Shown: piece after piece, positions 19,989 to 30,663 of the stretch
Numbering within the stretch: the first letter of the stretch is position 1
Layout of the letters: every line of letters begins with the position of its first letter
Assembly: GCA_963711835.1 (NCBI GenBank)
Contig: CAVQFQ010000017.1
Location: 96,001-160,000, forward strand
DNA from: an uncultured delta proteobacterium
Lineage (GTDB): Bacteria; Desulfobacterota; RBG-13-43-22
DNA: 64,000 nt
Direction: 5' to 3'
Notes under the pieces: generated by a model
Told to the model about the DNA's origin: nothing
The model's database searches: none
What the model saw: the letters and a program-made list of their open reading frames with translations, nothing else
Program-made: the position numbers and the translations under genes

Positions 19989-21578
19989 ATGGAGACCTTC
20001 AAGAACATCTTTTCGATGGCCATTCCCCTGGTCTGGCTTTTCATTCTAATCTCCCCGGGTGGAGCCGGGGCAGCCATCACCCAGCTTAACGGCACCCTCC
20101 CTACCGACAGCCTGATTTATGACTGGCAGGCCAGCCCCGACAGCAGCCATGTCGTTTACAGCACCGGCCCTGGTCGCTATTACAGAAATGCCTTATTCAG
20201 CGTCCCGGCCGGAGGGGGTACGGCGGTCCAGATCACCCCGCCGGTCACAGGGGATGAAAGGATTATTTCCTATCAAATCAGCCCGAATAGCACTCGGGTG
20301 GTTTTTTTGATGAGGCCTTCGGAATATGCCGCTTCTGAAATTTACAGTGTGCCGATTGGCGGGGGGGCAGTCACTAAGCTCAACGAGAACATCAGCAGCC
20401 AGGTCAATACCTTTCTCTTCACGCCTGACAGCCAGAAGGTCGTTTATCAAGCGGTAGTTCCCATTATCAACCAATGGGGTCTTTACAGTGTCCCCCTTGC
20501 CGGACCGGCAACCAGCAGCCTGAGAATCGACACCAATCCAAGCTACCATGTCGATTCAGGTTTTAAGATTTCACCGGACAGCAGCCGGGTGGTCTACCGG
20601 GCACCCTGTACCTATGGTCCGGATGGAGGTCAGGCCTGCTCTGGCATGTACAGCGTACCCATTGCCGGCGGCCTCCCTGCCAAGCTTAGCCTAGATTATG
20701 CCTACAATACTGTATGGAGCGGGATCGAGATCAGCCCGGACAGCCAATATGTGGTTTACCGTGCTACCTACTACAACCCCGGAATGTCCGGCCAGGGTGA
20801 CATTTACAGCATCCCCATCGCCGGTTCAACCTCAGACCTGCTCCGGCTCTCACATTATATAGCTGGGGCCGTCACTACTTGGCAGATCAGCCCGGACAGC
20901 AGCCGGGTAGTCTTCATAGCCATGCAGGATACAGCCGGTACCTCCGAACTCTACAGCATCCCCATCCGTTTGGCCGGTCCAGTGGTCAAATTGAACGGGC
21001 CCTTGGGAACCAATGGGCAAGTGTATGAGTTTGTTATAGGCCCGGATGGCAGCCGGGTAGCCTACAGGAGTGGAAATGAATCCAGCAGCGACACCGTTGA
21101 ACTTTACAGCATCCCGATTGACGGTTCTGCCTCAGCCATCAGGATAAATCAGTCCCTTTCTGGCACTGGGTTTCAGCACCAGCGTTTTATGTTTTCCCCG
21201 AACAGCCAGCGGGTGGTCTTTGAAATAGGTAGTAATCTCTTCGGTGCCCCGGCTGTCGGCCCCTCCAGCCAGCAGGCCCTTGTGGGCACCATTTATGACG
21301 CTACCATGCCCTTCGATGTCAGCCAGGATTCTTCCGGGGTCTACTACACATTCAATGGGAACCTCTTTAAATCTCCGATTGCAGGACCAATTGGGAATAC
21401 AGTCAAATTGGACGGCCCACCCAATCATACGCTCTGGTATCCATCTTTAGATACTTTCCTGGAAACCCCAGATGGCCTCAAGCTTATTTATTCGGCCGAC
21501 CAATGCACCAACCTCTATGCCGTCGACGCCGCCATAAACTTTCCCCATTTATTGTTCCTGCCACTGGTGATCAGATAA
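19989..21578 (+). CDS. Secreted TolB/PD40-like beta-propeller repeat protein with C-terminal FLPLV tail
   Basis: Signal peptide ending AGA-A; ten SPDS..VV[YF]-type repeats; ends LLFLPLVIR. Confidence 0.85.
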   Translation: METFKNIFSMAIPLVWLFILISPGGAGAAITQLNGTLPTDSLIYDWQASPDSSHVVYSTGPGRYYRNALFSVPAGGGTAVQITPPVTGDERIISYQISPNSTRVVFLMRPSEYAASEIYSVPIGGGAVTKLNENISSQVNTFLFTPDSQKVVYQAVVPIINQWGLYSVPLAGPATSSLRIDTNPSYHVDSGFKISPDSSRVVYRAPCTYGPDGGQACSGMYSVPIAGGLPAKLSLDYAYNTVWSGIEISPDSQYVVYRATYYNPGMSGQGDIYSIPIAGSTSDLLRLSHYIAGAVTTWQISPDSSRVVFIAMQDTAGTSELYSIPIRLAGPVVKLNGPLGTNGQVYEFVIGPDGSRVAYRSGNESSSDTVELYSIPIDGSASAIRINQSLSGTGFQHQRFMFSPNSQRVVFEIGSNLFGAPAVGPSSQQALVGTIYDATMPFDVSQDSSGVYYTFNGNLFKSPIAGPIGNTVKLDGPPNHTLWYPSLDTFLETPDGLKLIYSADQCTNLYAVDAAINFPHLLFLPLVIR

Positions 21579-21580
21579 CA

Positions 21581-21683
21581 CGCCATCGCTTGGCGAGAAA
21601 AAACTTTTATGCGCCAAAGGCGCTGACGATTAGGGTGGCGGCAGGTCGCCGCCGCCCTGTCCTGTCTTTGTCTGTGGCAAAAA
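21581..21683. repeat. REP-like multi-hairpin element (uninterrupted relative of 17328)
   Basis: CGCCAAAGGCGCTGACG...TTTGTCTGTGGCAAAAA with internal GGGTGGCGGC/GCCGCCGCCC stem; lies between convergent genes. Confidence 0.65.
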
Positions 21684-21755
21684 TCTTTTCTGAATTTTTC
21701 GGGTTGGGGGATTAATCCGGAAATATTTTCTGCGGCTGGATCGGAGAGAAGGGTT

Positions 21756-22505
21756 TTATAATCCCAGGTAGGTTTTACGGAGGACTTCGTCCTGAAGCAA
21801 CTGCTCGCCTGGACCTTCGGCAATGATCTTGCCCGAGGAAAGGACGTAGTTGCGGCCGGCCATTTTAAAGACGGTGCTGACTTCCTGCTCCACCACCAGC
21901 AGGGTGATACCCAGCTTATTGATCTCCCCGATTTTCTCAAAGACCTCTTTCCGTATCAGAGGGGCCAGACCGGTGGAGGGTTCGTCGATACAAAGGAGTT
22001 TCGGACCGGACATCAAGGCCCGGCCGATAGCCAGCATCTGCTGCTCCCCGCCGGAAAGAGTCCCGGAGATTTGATGGGCCCGCTCCTTGAGCACCGGGAA
22101 TAAGGTATAAACCTTGTCCAGGTCTTCCTGAATCTTTTTCTTTTCTTTTTGCAGATAGGCGCCGGCCAGAAGATTGTCAAACACGGTCATTTCCCGGAAG
22201 GGCCTTCTCCGTTCCGGGCAGTGCACCAGCCCCCGTTTGACTATTTCATGGGCCGGTATCCGGTCAATGCGCTCTCCGGCGAAGGTGACCGTCCCTTCCA
22301 GGCTGATATCTCCGGCCGTGGAGCGCCGCTTGATCTCCCTCTCCCAGCCCACCAATCCGGTAATGGCCCTCAAGGCCGTGGATTTACCGGCCCCGTTGGG
22401 CCCCACCAGGCTGACCAGCTCCCCGGTGTCCACGCCCAGACTTATACCGTTCAGGAGCACGGCCTTCTCGTAGCGAACGGTTAAATTTTCAACTTGCAGT
22501 AACAT
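21756..22505 (-). CDS. livF: Liv-type ABC transporter ATPase
   Basis: GPNGAGKS, LSGGEQQMLAIGRALM and DEPS. Confidence 0.9.
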   Translation of the reverse strand: MLLQVENLTVRYEKAVLLNGISLGVDTGELVSLVGPNGAGKSTALRAITGLVGWEREIKRRSTAGDISLEGTVTFAGERIDRIPAHEIVKRGLVHCPERRRPFREMTVFDNLLAGAYLQKEKKKIQEDLDKVYTLFPVLKERAHQISGTLSGGEQQMLAIGRALMSGPKLLCIDEPSTGLAPLIRKEVFEKIGEINKLGITLLVVEQEVSTVFKMAGRNYVLSSGKIIAEGPGEQLLQDEVLRKTYLGL

Positions 22506-22534
22506 AGGCCTCGAATTTCTCCCCCAATTTTCCG

Positions 22535-23302
22535 TTAATGTTCTCCCTGCCCCAGATAAGCCTCAATGACTTGGGGGTTGGCGACCACTTCCTGGGGCGA
22601 TCCTTCCGCCAGAAGGGTCCCGAAGTTGAGAACGACAATGCGGTCCACAATCTTCATCAACTGCTGCAGCTTGTGTTCGACGATGATCATGGCCGGGCCT
22701 TCGCTGTGCAGGCGGCCGAAGCGTCCCCCCTTATGGAGCCGCTTGATGGACTTGGCCATAAGGTCGGTTTCCGCCGGGCTCAAACCCCCGAAGGGCTCGT
22801 CCAAGAGGAGCAGCTCGGGCTCGGTGGCAATGGCCCGGGCCACTTCCAGCCGCTTCAAGTCGCCCTGGGACAGAGTGGAAGCCTTTTCCAGGGCCATGTC
22901 GGAGATGCCGGCAAACTCCAGGGCATCCATGGCCTTGGCCTCGACCTTCTTGACCCACTCCCCCCGCTTCATGGCCCTGGGGGAGAGGCAGGATACCATC
23001 ACATTGGCAATAATCGGCAGCCGGCGAAAAGGCCTCATGTTTTGAAAGGTGCAGGCCACTCCCAGGTTGACGATATTCCAGATTTTTTCTCCTACGATCT
23101 CCTGCCCCTTAAAGCGAATGCTGCCTGAATCGGGTTTCAGGATCCCGGTGATCAATCGCAAGAGGGTGGTCTTTCCCGCTCCGTTGGGACCGATAAGACC
23201 CAGGATCTCTTCCCGGTCCATTCGAAAAGAAACATCGTCGACAGCCCGCAGACCGCCGAAGCTCTTGGTGATGGAGTTGACTTCAAGGAAAGGGCAGTCC
23301 AT
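22535..23302 (-). CDS. livG: Liv-type ABC transporter ATPase
   Basis: FGGLRAV, GPNGAGKT, LLLDEP and VIEAYLG. Confidence 0.9.
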   Translation of the reverse strand: MDCPFLEVNSITKSFGGLRAVDDVSFRMDREEILGLIGPNGAGKTTLLRLITGILKPDSGSIRFKGQEIVGEKIWNIVNLGVACTFQNMRPFRRLPIIANVMVSCLSPRAMKRGEWVKKVEAKAMDALEFAGISDMALEKASTLSQGDLKRLEVARAIATEPELLLLDEPFGGLSPAETDLMAKSIKRLHKGGRFGRLHSEGPAMIIVEHKLQQLMKIVDRIVVLNFGTLLAEGSPQEVVANPQVIEAYLGQGEH

Positions 23303-25013
23303 TTAGACTTCCTCGGCCTCTTCCCGGAGTTCCCGCCTCGAGACCTTGCCCACATCGGTTTTGGGCAGCTCGCCCCGGAACTCGACGATCTTGGGCACTT
23401 TGTAGTGGGCCATCTTCTCCTTGCAGAATTCAATGATTTCTTCTTCCGAGACCTTGCCCCGAGCTTCGCTCTCCAGGACCACATAGGCCTTGATCAGGTT
23501 GCCCACCTTGGGATCCGGCACACCGACCACGCCGGCGGCCTTGATTTTGGGATGCTGGTAAAGCACTTCCTCCACGTGCCGGGCGAAAACCGAATAGCCC
23601 TTGTACTTGATCAGGTCCCGCTTACGGTCGAAGAAATGAAAATAGCCTTCTTCATCCATGCTGACCAGGTCACCGGTGCGCATCCAGCGCTCGCCGTCGA
23701 TTTCCAGAAAGGTCTCTTCGTTGCTCTCCGGACGCTTCCAATAACCTTCCATGATGTTGGGCCCGCTCAGGATCAACTCGCCCACCTCGCCGACCGGTAC
23801 AAAATTCGTCCCCTCGTGTTCAATGATGGCGGCCTTCATGTTGGGGATGGGCACCCCGAAGGAACCCTTCTTGGGCCGTTGAACCGGGCTGCCGTGACTG
23901 ACGGCCGTGGTCTCGGTCATACCGTAGCCTTCGAATATCTTGGAGCAGGTCCGTTTTTCCCACCCCTCGATGGTGGACTCGTGCAGGGTATCGGCCCCAC
24001 AGGCGATGAGTTTCAGACGCTTCCAGTTAACCCGGTCGGTCTTTTCATGCTCTTTGAGATATTCAAAAAGGGTCGGAACGCCGTAAAAGGCCGAGGCCTG
24101 GTAGCGCTCCATGGCCGAAAGGATCTCCTCGATGTCCGGCGTGGTGAACAGGACCAGGGTCGCGCCCTGGGCCAGACCGCTGAGCATAACCACCACCTGG
24201 CCGTAGATGTGAAAAAAGGGCAGGAAGGCCAAGATCGTCTCTTTGCCTTCCTCATAGATGGGCCAGAAGGCCTGAAGTTGGGCCTGGAGGGAAACGATAT
24301 TGTGGTGGGTTAACATGGCCGCTTTGGGCAGGCCGGTGGTGCCGCCGGTATAGGGCAGGGCCGCCAGGTCCTTCCAGGGATCAATGCTGACCGAAGGGGG
24401 GGTAGGTCGATGAGACTTGATCAGGTCCTGGAAAAGATGAAGGCCCGCCTGCTTGATCTTCTCCGCTGAGGGGGCCTCCATCCCGCCGTAGGCTTTAGCC
24501 ATGGCGCTTTTCCCAAACATTTTTTTCAGGGCCGGCAGGTAATCGGCGATGCTGGTCAGGATGACCTGATCCAGGGCCAGGCCGGCCTTTTCCAGGTTGT
24601 CGTAGAGCATGTCCTGGCAGACCACGGTCTTGGCCTCGCTGTCTATGATCTGGTGCCGGACCTCGATACTGGTATAAACCGGGCTGATCGGCGTGACCTT
24701 GGCTCCCAGTTTAAGGGCGGCAAAATAGGCGATGACATACTGGGGGCAGTTCAGCAGGTATAAGGCCACGGTGTCGCCCTTTTTGACCCCCAGATCGGCC
24801 AGGGCCGCGGCGAAGCGGTCAGCCAATTCCTTGAGCTCGGCATAGCTTATTTTCTTGCCGTAGAAGATCAGGGCCGTCTTGCTGCCGTATTTGTCGGCTA
24901 TTTGATCAAAAAGCTCAGGGATAGAGGCCTCGGGAATAGCGGCTTCGGCCGGCACTCCTTCCGTGGTAGTATTTCAGCCAGGGTTTGGAAAGATAAATTT
25001 CTTTGGGATCCAT
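23303..25013 (-). CDS. Long-chain fatty acid-CoA ligase; apparent +1 frameshift near 24964
   Basis: YTGGTTGLPK, EGYGMTE and RTGD; MDPKEIYLSKPWLKYY from ATG 25013 joins (P)EGVPAE if one base is removed. Confidence 0.88.
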
Positions 25014-25114
25014 AAAATTCCTTTTCTATCTTTATGGGTTCACGGATTCAAGGGTCCATGGTTCAAGTGAAAAACCGCTTAGGCTTTTTTGGCTTACTCT
25101 TGGACCCTTTCTTC

Positions 25115-26155
25115 TTAATCCAAATTCGCGGTGCAGACCCGGCAGGTCTTGCGGGTCGCGATATTGCTCAATTTGCACCGCGGGCACACCTTTTCTATCT
25201 TATCCTGGATCCAGGGTATCAATCCTTCCGGCATGTATAACAGGATCACCAGGACGAATACGGAAAAAATCATCATGCGGTACTCAGGCCAGATCCGGAC
25301 GATTTCCAACAACGGATAGAGGATAAAAACCCCCGCTATGGGGCCGTAAATAGTTGCCGCCCCCCCGAAGATGGCCCAGATCACTATGGTGAAGGACATG
25401 GACACATCCAGGGTGGAAGGTCCGGCAATCCTCATATAGTGGGCATAGAGTCCGCCGGAAATGCCGGCAAAAAAGCCGCTCAGGCTGAAGGCCAACAATT
25501 TATAAAGGGTGGTGTTGATACCCGAGGCCTTTACCGCCAGCTCATCCTCCCGGATGGCATGGAAAATAATGCCCGTATTGGAGTCGGTTATCTTCCACAT
25601 GATAAAACACAATACCAGCATGGTAATGACATGAAGATAATAATTGCCCATAAGGGAATTGGTGAAACGCTGTAAACCGGAAATCCCCAATTCACCCCCG
25701 GTTAAATTGGGCATGGCAATAATGATTCCCAGTAAGATGATCGGGAAGGCCAAAGTGGTCAGGGCCAGGTAAGTATGCTTCAGCCGCAGGCACGGAATCC
25801 CGACAATAAGACCGGCCAGGACCGCCGCCACAGCCCCCAAGGGTACGCTTCCCCAGGGGGGGATATGAACATGAAGATTTAAAATGGCCGAGGAGTAGGC
25901 TCCCACTCCGAAGAAAAGGGCATGGCCGAAATTCAGTTGACCGGTGAAACCGGACAGGAGATCCCAACTGGCGGCCAGGATGGCAAAGAGACTGGTAAAA
26001 ATGACAATACGGAACACATAGGGATCCCGGGTTATCAAGGGCAGTCCCAGGATAACAATAATAAAAAGGCCGACAATGGTTCGGCCGGGGAGGACCAGCA
26101 CCTCTCCGCGCAGGAGTGCAACTAGTTTTCTAATATAAAAGACGACAAGACCCAA
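25115..26155 (-). CDS. livM: Liv-type ABC permease with C-terminal CxxC...CxxC
   Basis: GQLNFGHALFFGVGAY, YLALTTLAF and AIREDE. Confidence 0.88.
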   Translation of the reverse strand: MGLVVFYIRKLVALLRGEVLVLPGRTIVGLFIIVILGLPLITRDPYVFRIVIFTSLFAILAASWDLLSGFTGQLNFGHALFFGVGAYSSAILNLHVHIPPWGSVPLGAVAAVLAGLIVGIPCLRLKHTYLALTTLAFPIILLGIIIAMPNLTGGELGISGLQRFTNSLMGNYYLHVITMLVLCFIMWKITDSNTGIIFHAIREDELAVKASGINTTLYKLLAFSLSGFFAGISGGLYAHYMRIAGPSTLDVSMSFTIVIWAIFGGAATIYGPIAGVFILYPLLEIVRIWPEYRMMIFSVFVLVILLYMPEGLIPWIQDKIEKVCPRCKLSNIATRKTCRVCTANLD

Positions 26156-26161
26156 TCCTTT

Positions 26162-27026
26162 TTACCTCTCTTCCTCAAAAGCGATACCAAACAGGCCCTC
26201 CGGCCGTATCAACAGAACCAGGATCATGATCGACAAGGCCACAGGGCCCTTTAAAAAGGCCCCTGTGGGGACCAGAAAAACCACCAGGGCCTCGGTAAAC
26301 CCCAAAATAAAAGCAGCGATAAAACTTCCCTTGATACTGCCCAGCCCGCCCAGTACCACAACGGCCATCATGATAATCAGGGGTTCCATCCACATATGAG
26401 GAGTTAGGACCATAAGGGGCCCAATCACCGCACCGGTGACCCCAGCCAGGGCGACCGAGATAGCCAAGGGTGATCATGGCCAGCCGGCTCTCGTTCATTC
26501 CCATCAGATTGGCCACTTCCCGGTCCTCGGCCGTGGAACGGATGGCCAGGCCCAAGCGGGTTTTCATCAAGAGGAACCAAACAACCAGCAAAATCACCAG
26601 GACCACACCGAAGGTCAGCAACTGTTGATAAAAGATCTTGTTTCCTCCAATAGTGAAAAACCCTTGAACCATAAAATCCACACTCCGGTAATCTCCGGTG
26701 AAGAGCTGCAGGATGACCTCTTGAAAGAACATGGCCAGGGCTATGGTGGCAATCAGGACCGCCGCTTCGTGTTCACGGATCGGGTCAATGACTAATTTGT
26801 AAACCAGCAACCCGACTAAGGTAACGCCTACAACAGCGATCAGCATGGACAAGATGGCATTAAGTCCGAGCCTGATGGATAAATAATAAATACAGTAGGC
26901 CGCGACCATATAAAAGGCGGTGTGGGCAATGTTGACGATTCGGGCCACCCCAAAGATCAGGGAGAACCCGATGGCCAAAAGGGCCAGCATACTGCCGGTG
27001 ATTAGACCAGTAATGAGTATATTCAT
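26162..27026 (-). CDS. livH: Liv-type ABC permease; apparent frameshift near 26467
   Basis: ORFs 26175-27026 (AIGFSLIFG, NIAH) and 26162-26467 (VVLGGLGS, RPEGLFG) are two halves of one protein. Confidence 0.85.
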
Positions 27027-27067
27027 AAAGCCTCAAAAAGGGCTCAAGGGTAGGCAAAGGGGCCTTT

Positions 27068-27125
27068 AGTTTGGAGTTCGGAGTAACTTGGTTTTACTCC
27101 GAACTCCGAACTCAAAACTCAAAAC
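27068..27125. repeat. Heptamer-repeat hairpin
   Basis: AGTTTGG-AGTTCGG-AGTAA faces TTACT-CCGAACT-CCGAACT-CAAAACT-CAAAAC. Confidence 0.7.
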
Positions 27126-27163
27126 ACCCCTTTAAAATCCTAAGATTATCACAATAGTGGTTA

Positions 27164-28459
27164 CTACTTCATCCAGGGGGGCAGCTTAACAGGGACCATC
27201 CCTTTATAAGTGATCTCGGGCGCCCCCGGGGCCGCCACCCACTTATTCGGCCACACCCCGACCAATTTGCCGTCCTGCCACTGGACCCCCAGGCTGGTCA
27301 AGTACCCCGGGCCCCAGGTTAAATCATGGGTCGGTTTGCCCTCTGCGTTCTTTTCATATTTGACGACCCCACCGGGGGTCTTATATACCCGGTTCTCCAG
27401 GTTGGCGACTATCTTATCGGCATCCAGACTCCCTACGGCCTCGATGCTTGGGACCAGGCCATAGAGGATGGCGGCATAGGTGTCGGCCGTATAGGTTGGA
27501 GTCTGCTTAAACTCCTTAATGTAGCGGTCCATAAATGGTTTTGTCAGTTCATTATACTCTATCCCCCGGGCATAGGTGTTCATGGTCATGACATAATTCC
27601 CCATACCCTTGGTGGCTTCCCAGAAACCGTCCTTTTGGGACTCGACATTGATGCCCACCTGGAGGGCCGGGATCTTGAGTTCCCCGGCCTGCCGGGCAAA
27701 GGTAATTCCAATCGATCCTGAGAAAATGGTAAAGATCACGTTGGCCCCGCTCTTCTGTATGGCCGAAAGCTCGGCGGTGACATCCGTGGCCAGGGCGGAA
27801 GGCTGCCATGTCCCGACCAGCTCTAAGCCCATCTTGGGAATGACGCCCTGGGCGGCCTTGACCATGCCTTCGGTCCAGGCCAGCTTCTCAGCCACGATAG
27901 CGACTTTGACAGGGACATTCAATTCCTTCTTAATGACCCCTGCACATAAGCCCAGATGGGCAAAACTGGTTCGCGCCAGATAACTGGATTTGAAGGGGGT
28001 GCCCCGGAAGAAGTATTTGTAGCGGTCATAATCTTTGCCAACCCGATCGCAGATCGAATCGGTTGCGGCCCCGCAGCCTATAAAGATCTTTTTGTAATCC
28101 ATGGCAATGTCCTGCATGGGCAGAACGGCCTCGGTCCTGAACCCGCCGACAACAAAATCCACCTTGTCCTTGGTCATTAACCGTTCCATGGCGTTGGCGG
28201 CATCGGCGGGGTTTTTATCTTCATTTGAGTCGGCCTTGACCAGCTCGATTTTCATTTTTTCCTTGCCGACCTGAACGCCTCCTTTGGCATTGATCTCCTC
28301 AGCGGCCATAGTGGCGCCATCCCAATGGTGCCTGCCTTCTATACTCTGCATCGGTCCGATGACCCCGATCTTGATGGTTTTTCCCCAGGCGGGAAGACCC
28401 ACAAATAGGACCAGCACCAATGACATGACTACCATCCATCCGAAAGGTGACTTCCTCAT
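27164..28459 (-). CDS. Liv-type ABC substrate-binding protein
   Basis: Signal peptide, IKIGVIGP, AAEEINAKGG and VDFVVGG. Confidence 0.9.
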   Translation of the reverse strand: MRKSPFGWMVVMSLVLVLFVGLPAWGKTIKIGVIGPMQSIEGRHHWDGATMAAEEINAKGGVQVGKEKMKIELVKADSNEDKNPADAANAMERLMTKDKVDFVVGGFRTEAVLPMQDIAMDYKKIFIGCGAATDSICDRVGKDYDRYKYFFRGTPFKSSYLARTSFAHLGLCAGVIKKELNVPVKVAIVAEKLAWTEGMVKAAQGVIPKMGLELVGTWQPSALATDVTAELSAIQKSGANVIFTIFSGSIGITFARQAGELKIPALQVGINVESQKDGFWEATKGMGNYVMTMNTYARGIEYNELTKPFMDRYIKEFKQTPTYTADTYAAILYGLVPSIEAVGSLDADKIVANLENRVYKTPGGVVKYEKNAEGKPTHDLTWGPGYLTSLGVQWQDGKLVGVWPNKWVAAPGAPEITYKGMVPVKLPPWMK

Positions 28460-28977
28460 TGTCCTTACCTCCTTTTGTAAATAAGGTTATGGTTATTTTA
28501 ATTATCTTGAAGGGTATTCGGAAAGCCGCAGGTCTGATCAGCGTTTAAAGGGGGGCACCTTTGGCAACATCCATCCCGCACTCCTGTTCATTTTAAGGTT
28601 TAAAAGAAATTCACCATCTCTATCAAACAACCCCGCCTACGGCGGATAGAACAATTTCAGGACTGGTTGGAATTCGTCAGGCGCTTTTCTCAGTCAGGGA
28701 ATATTGGATAGCTTCGTATCAAAAGAATTTTCAAATGTCAATATTTTTTTTCCCGGTCGGCTGATGAATCCTATTTTTTTTCTTGACTTTTTACAAGCTC
28801 TTTTCCAAAAATAGGGGTAAATTAAATGTCTATTAAGAATTTCCGCTTCTAAATTTTAGGGCATCTCCATTAATTGCTTTTTCCTTATCAGACCGGGCCC
28901 AGACCGGGGAAGGGCTTCCTCTCCCCGCACCGTGCGGTCGAAGGAGCCGGCCGATTAAGACCAAGGAGGTTTTGAAC

Positions 28978-30312
28978 ATGGATAGGGAACGGTTTATGGC
29001 CGCCATTGTGCGCTACGAAAATCCCCTGGAATCGGTCCGAAAGGCCGTTGACCTTTCCAACGGCCTGGATCGCCTTCCGGCCAAAGCCAGGGTTTTTATC
29101 AAACCCAATATCGTCTTCTGGACCCGGGTGGTCCCCTTTCCCAAGTGGGGGGTCATTACCACCTCGCGGGTGGTGGAAGACATGGTGGTTCTCCTGAAGG
29201 AAAGGGGCATCGAAGACATCACCATCGGAGAGGGCACGGTGACCATGAACCCCAAAGACACCGCCACCTCGGCCCATGCCTTTGAGACCCTGGGTTACCT
29301 AACCCTTCAGAAGCGCTATGGGGTCAAATACCTCAACGTCTTCGAGCGGCCTTTCAAAAAATTGGACCTGGGAGAGGGGATCGTCCTTCACTTCAACAGC
29401 GACGCCTTAGACAGCGACTTTGTGATTGACCTGCCGGTCCTGAAAACTCATAACCAGGCCAAGGTCAGTTTGGGCATTAAAAACCTGAAAGGCCTGCTGA
29501 ACATCAATTCCAGGAAAAAGTGCCACAGCGCTGATCCGGAGAAGGATCTCAATTATCTGATTGCCCGTCTGCCGGAGAGACTTCCCCCGGTTTTTACCCT
29601 TCTGGACGGCATTTACACCAACGAAAGGGGTCCCAGTTTCGACGGCCGGATCCGCCGCAGCAACCTCCTGGTGGCCTCGGCCGATTTGCTTTCCGCCGAT
29701 ATGGTCGGAGCCAAGGTCCTGGGCTATGAACCGGCCGCTGTCCCCCACCTGGTCCATGCGGCCCGCAACCAGGGCCGGCCTTTGGATTTGTCGGACATCG
29801 AACTGAAGGGAGAAAATCTCTCCGAGGTGGCCTCCTTCCATGAATACGACTTTGCTTATGTGGAAAATGAAAACGGCATCATGCCCGTGCCCCTGGCCAA
29901 GGAAGGCCTCAAGGGCCTGACCTATCACAAGTACGATCTTTCCATGTGCACCTATTGTTCCGGGATCAACGGTTTGATGCTGACCGCCATTCGCAACGCT
30001 TGGAAAGGCCAACCCTGGGACGAGATCGAGGTATTGACCGGCAAGATGATGAAACCGACCCCGGGCAAGAAAAAAACCATCTTGATCGGCCAGTGCATCT
30101 ATCAGGCCAATAAAAACCATCCGAATATCCAGGAAATGATCGCCGTTAAAGGCTGTCCGCCTAAAATGGAGGACTTGGTCAAGGCCCTTCACCAGGCCGG
30201 AATCGAGGCCAATCCGGTCCTTTTTGAAAACTTCGACCAACTGCCCGGTTTCTTTTTGCAGCGCTACCAGGGCAAGGCGGAGTTTGACGAGTCTTTTTTC
30301 CGAGTGGCCTAA
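28978..30312 (+). CDS. DUF362 protein with C-terminal Cys motif (paralog 1)
   Basis: VFIKPN, IGEG, LPVLKTH and SLGIKNLKG; CTYC...GQC...GCPP. Confidence 0.85.
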   Translation: MDRERFMAAIVRYENPLESVRKAVDLSNGLDRLPAKARVFIKPNIVFWTRVVPFPKWGVITTSRVVEDMVVLLKERGIEDITIGEGTVTMNPKDTATSAHAFETLGYLTLQKRYGVKYLNVFERPFKKLDLGEGIVLHFNSDALDSDFVIDLPVLKTHNQAKVSLGIKNLKGLLNINSRKKCHSADPEKDLNYLIARLPERLPPVFTLLDGIYTNERGPSFDGRIRRSNLLVASADLLSADMVGAKVLGYEPAAVPHLVHAARNQGRPLDLSDIELKGENLSEVASFHEYDFAYVENENGIMPVPLAKEGLKGLTYHKYDLSMCTYCSGINGLMLTAIRNAWKGQPWDEIEVLTGKMMKPTPGKKKTILIGQCIYQANKNHPNIQEMIAVKGCPPKMEDLVKALHQAGIEANPVLFENFDQLPGFFLQRYQGKAEFDESFFRVA

Positions 30313-30318
30313 CGGGGT

Positions 30319-30625
30319 GGTAACGTTCAAAAGTTGAGGCATTATATTTCTGATACCCGATGAAAGGGACCAGGGGTCTCGATTTCAAGGATTGTCCGCC
30401 AAATCGCCGGCACCCTGACCCCGGGCAGGAAGTTTATAAGTGGGTTTAGAAACAGGCCAACACCAAAGCGATTTATCGTCTTAGGTGAATGCCCGGCTCC
30501 CAACCAACTTAGAAATTCGGGCCGGATTGGGGCTACGGATTACCTTTCGGACAACCTTGAAATCGAGACCCCCGGTCCCCAAGTCAGGCAATAATACACC
30601 AGTGCCACAACTTTTGAACGTTACC
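30319..30625. mobile_element. Nested MITE-like element copy D (shell type 2, 307 bp, opposite orientation to C; core 30372-30573)
   Basis: TIR GGTAACGTTCAAAAGTTG / CAACTTTTGAACGTTACC; flanks AACGGGGT / AAGGGGGT (7 of 8 match). Confidence 0.88.
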
Positions 30626-30663
30626 AAGGGGGTATAGAAAATCAAGAAGAGGAGCTCTAACCT

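Noticed and set aside
19989-21578. Internal DNA repeats (CAGCCCGGACAGC) as DGR template/variable repeats
   Set aside because: They track the protein repeat unit; no reverse transcriptase or adenine-specific mismatch pair was seen.
28500-28560. GGAAAGCCGCAGGTCT resembling part of a c-di-GMP-I riboswitch
   Set aside because: The P2 stem with GAAA tetraloop is missing, and it is on the wrong strand for the adjacent gene.
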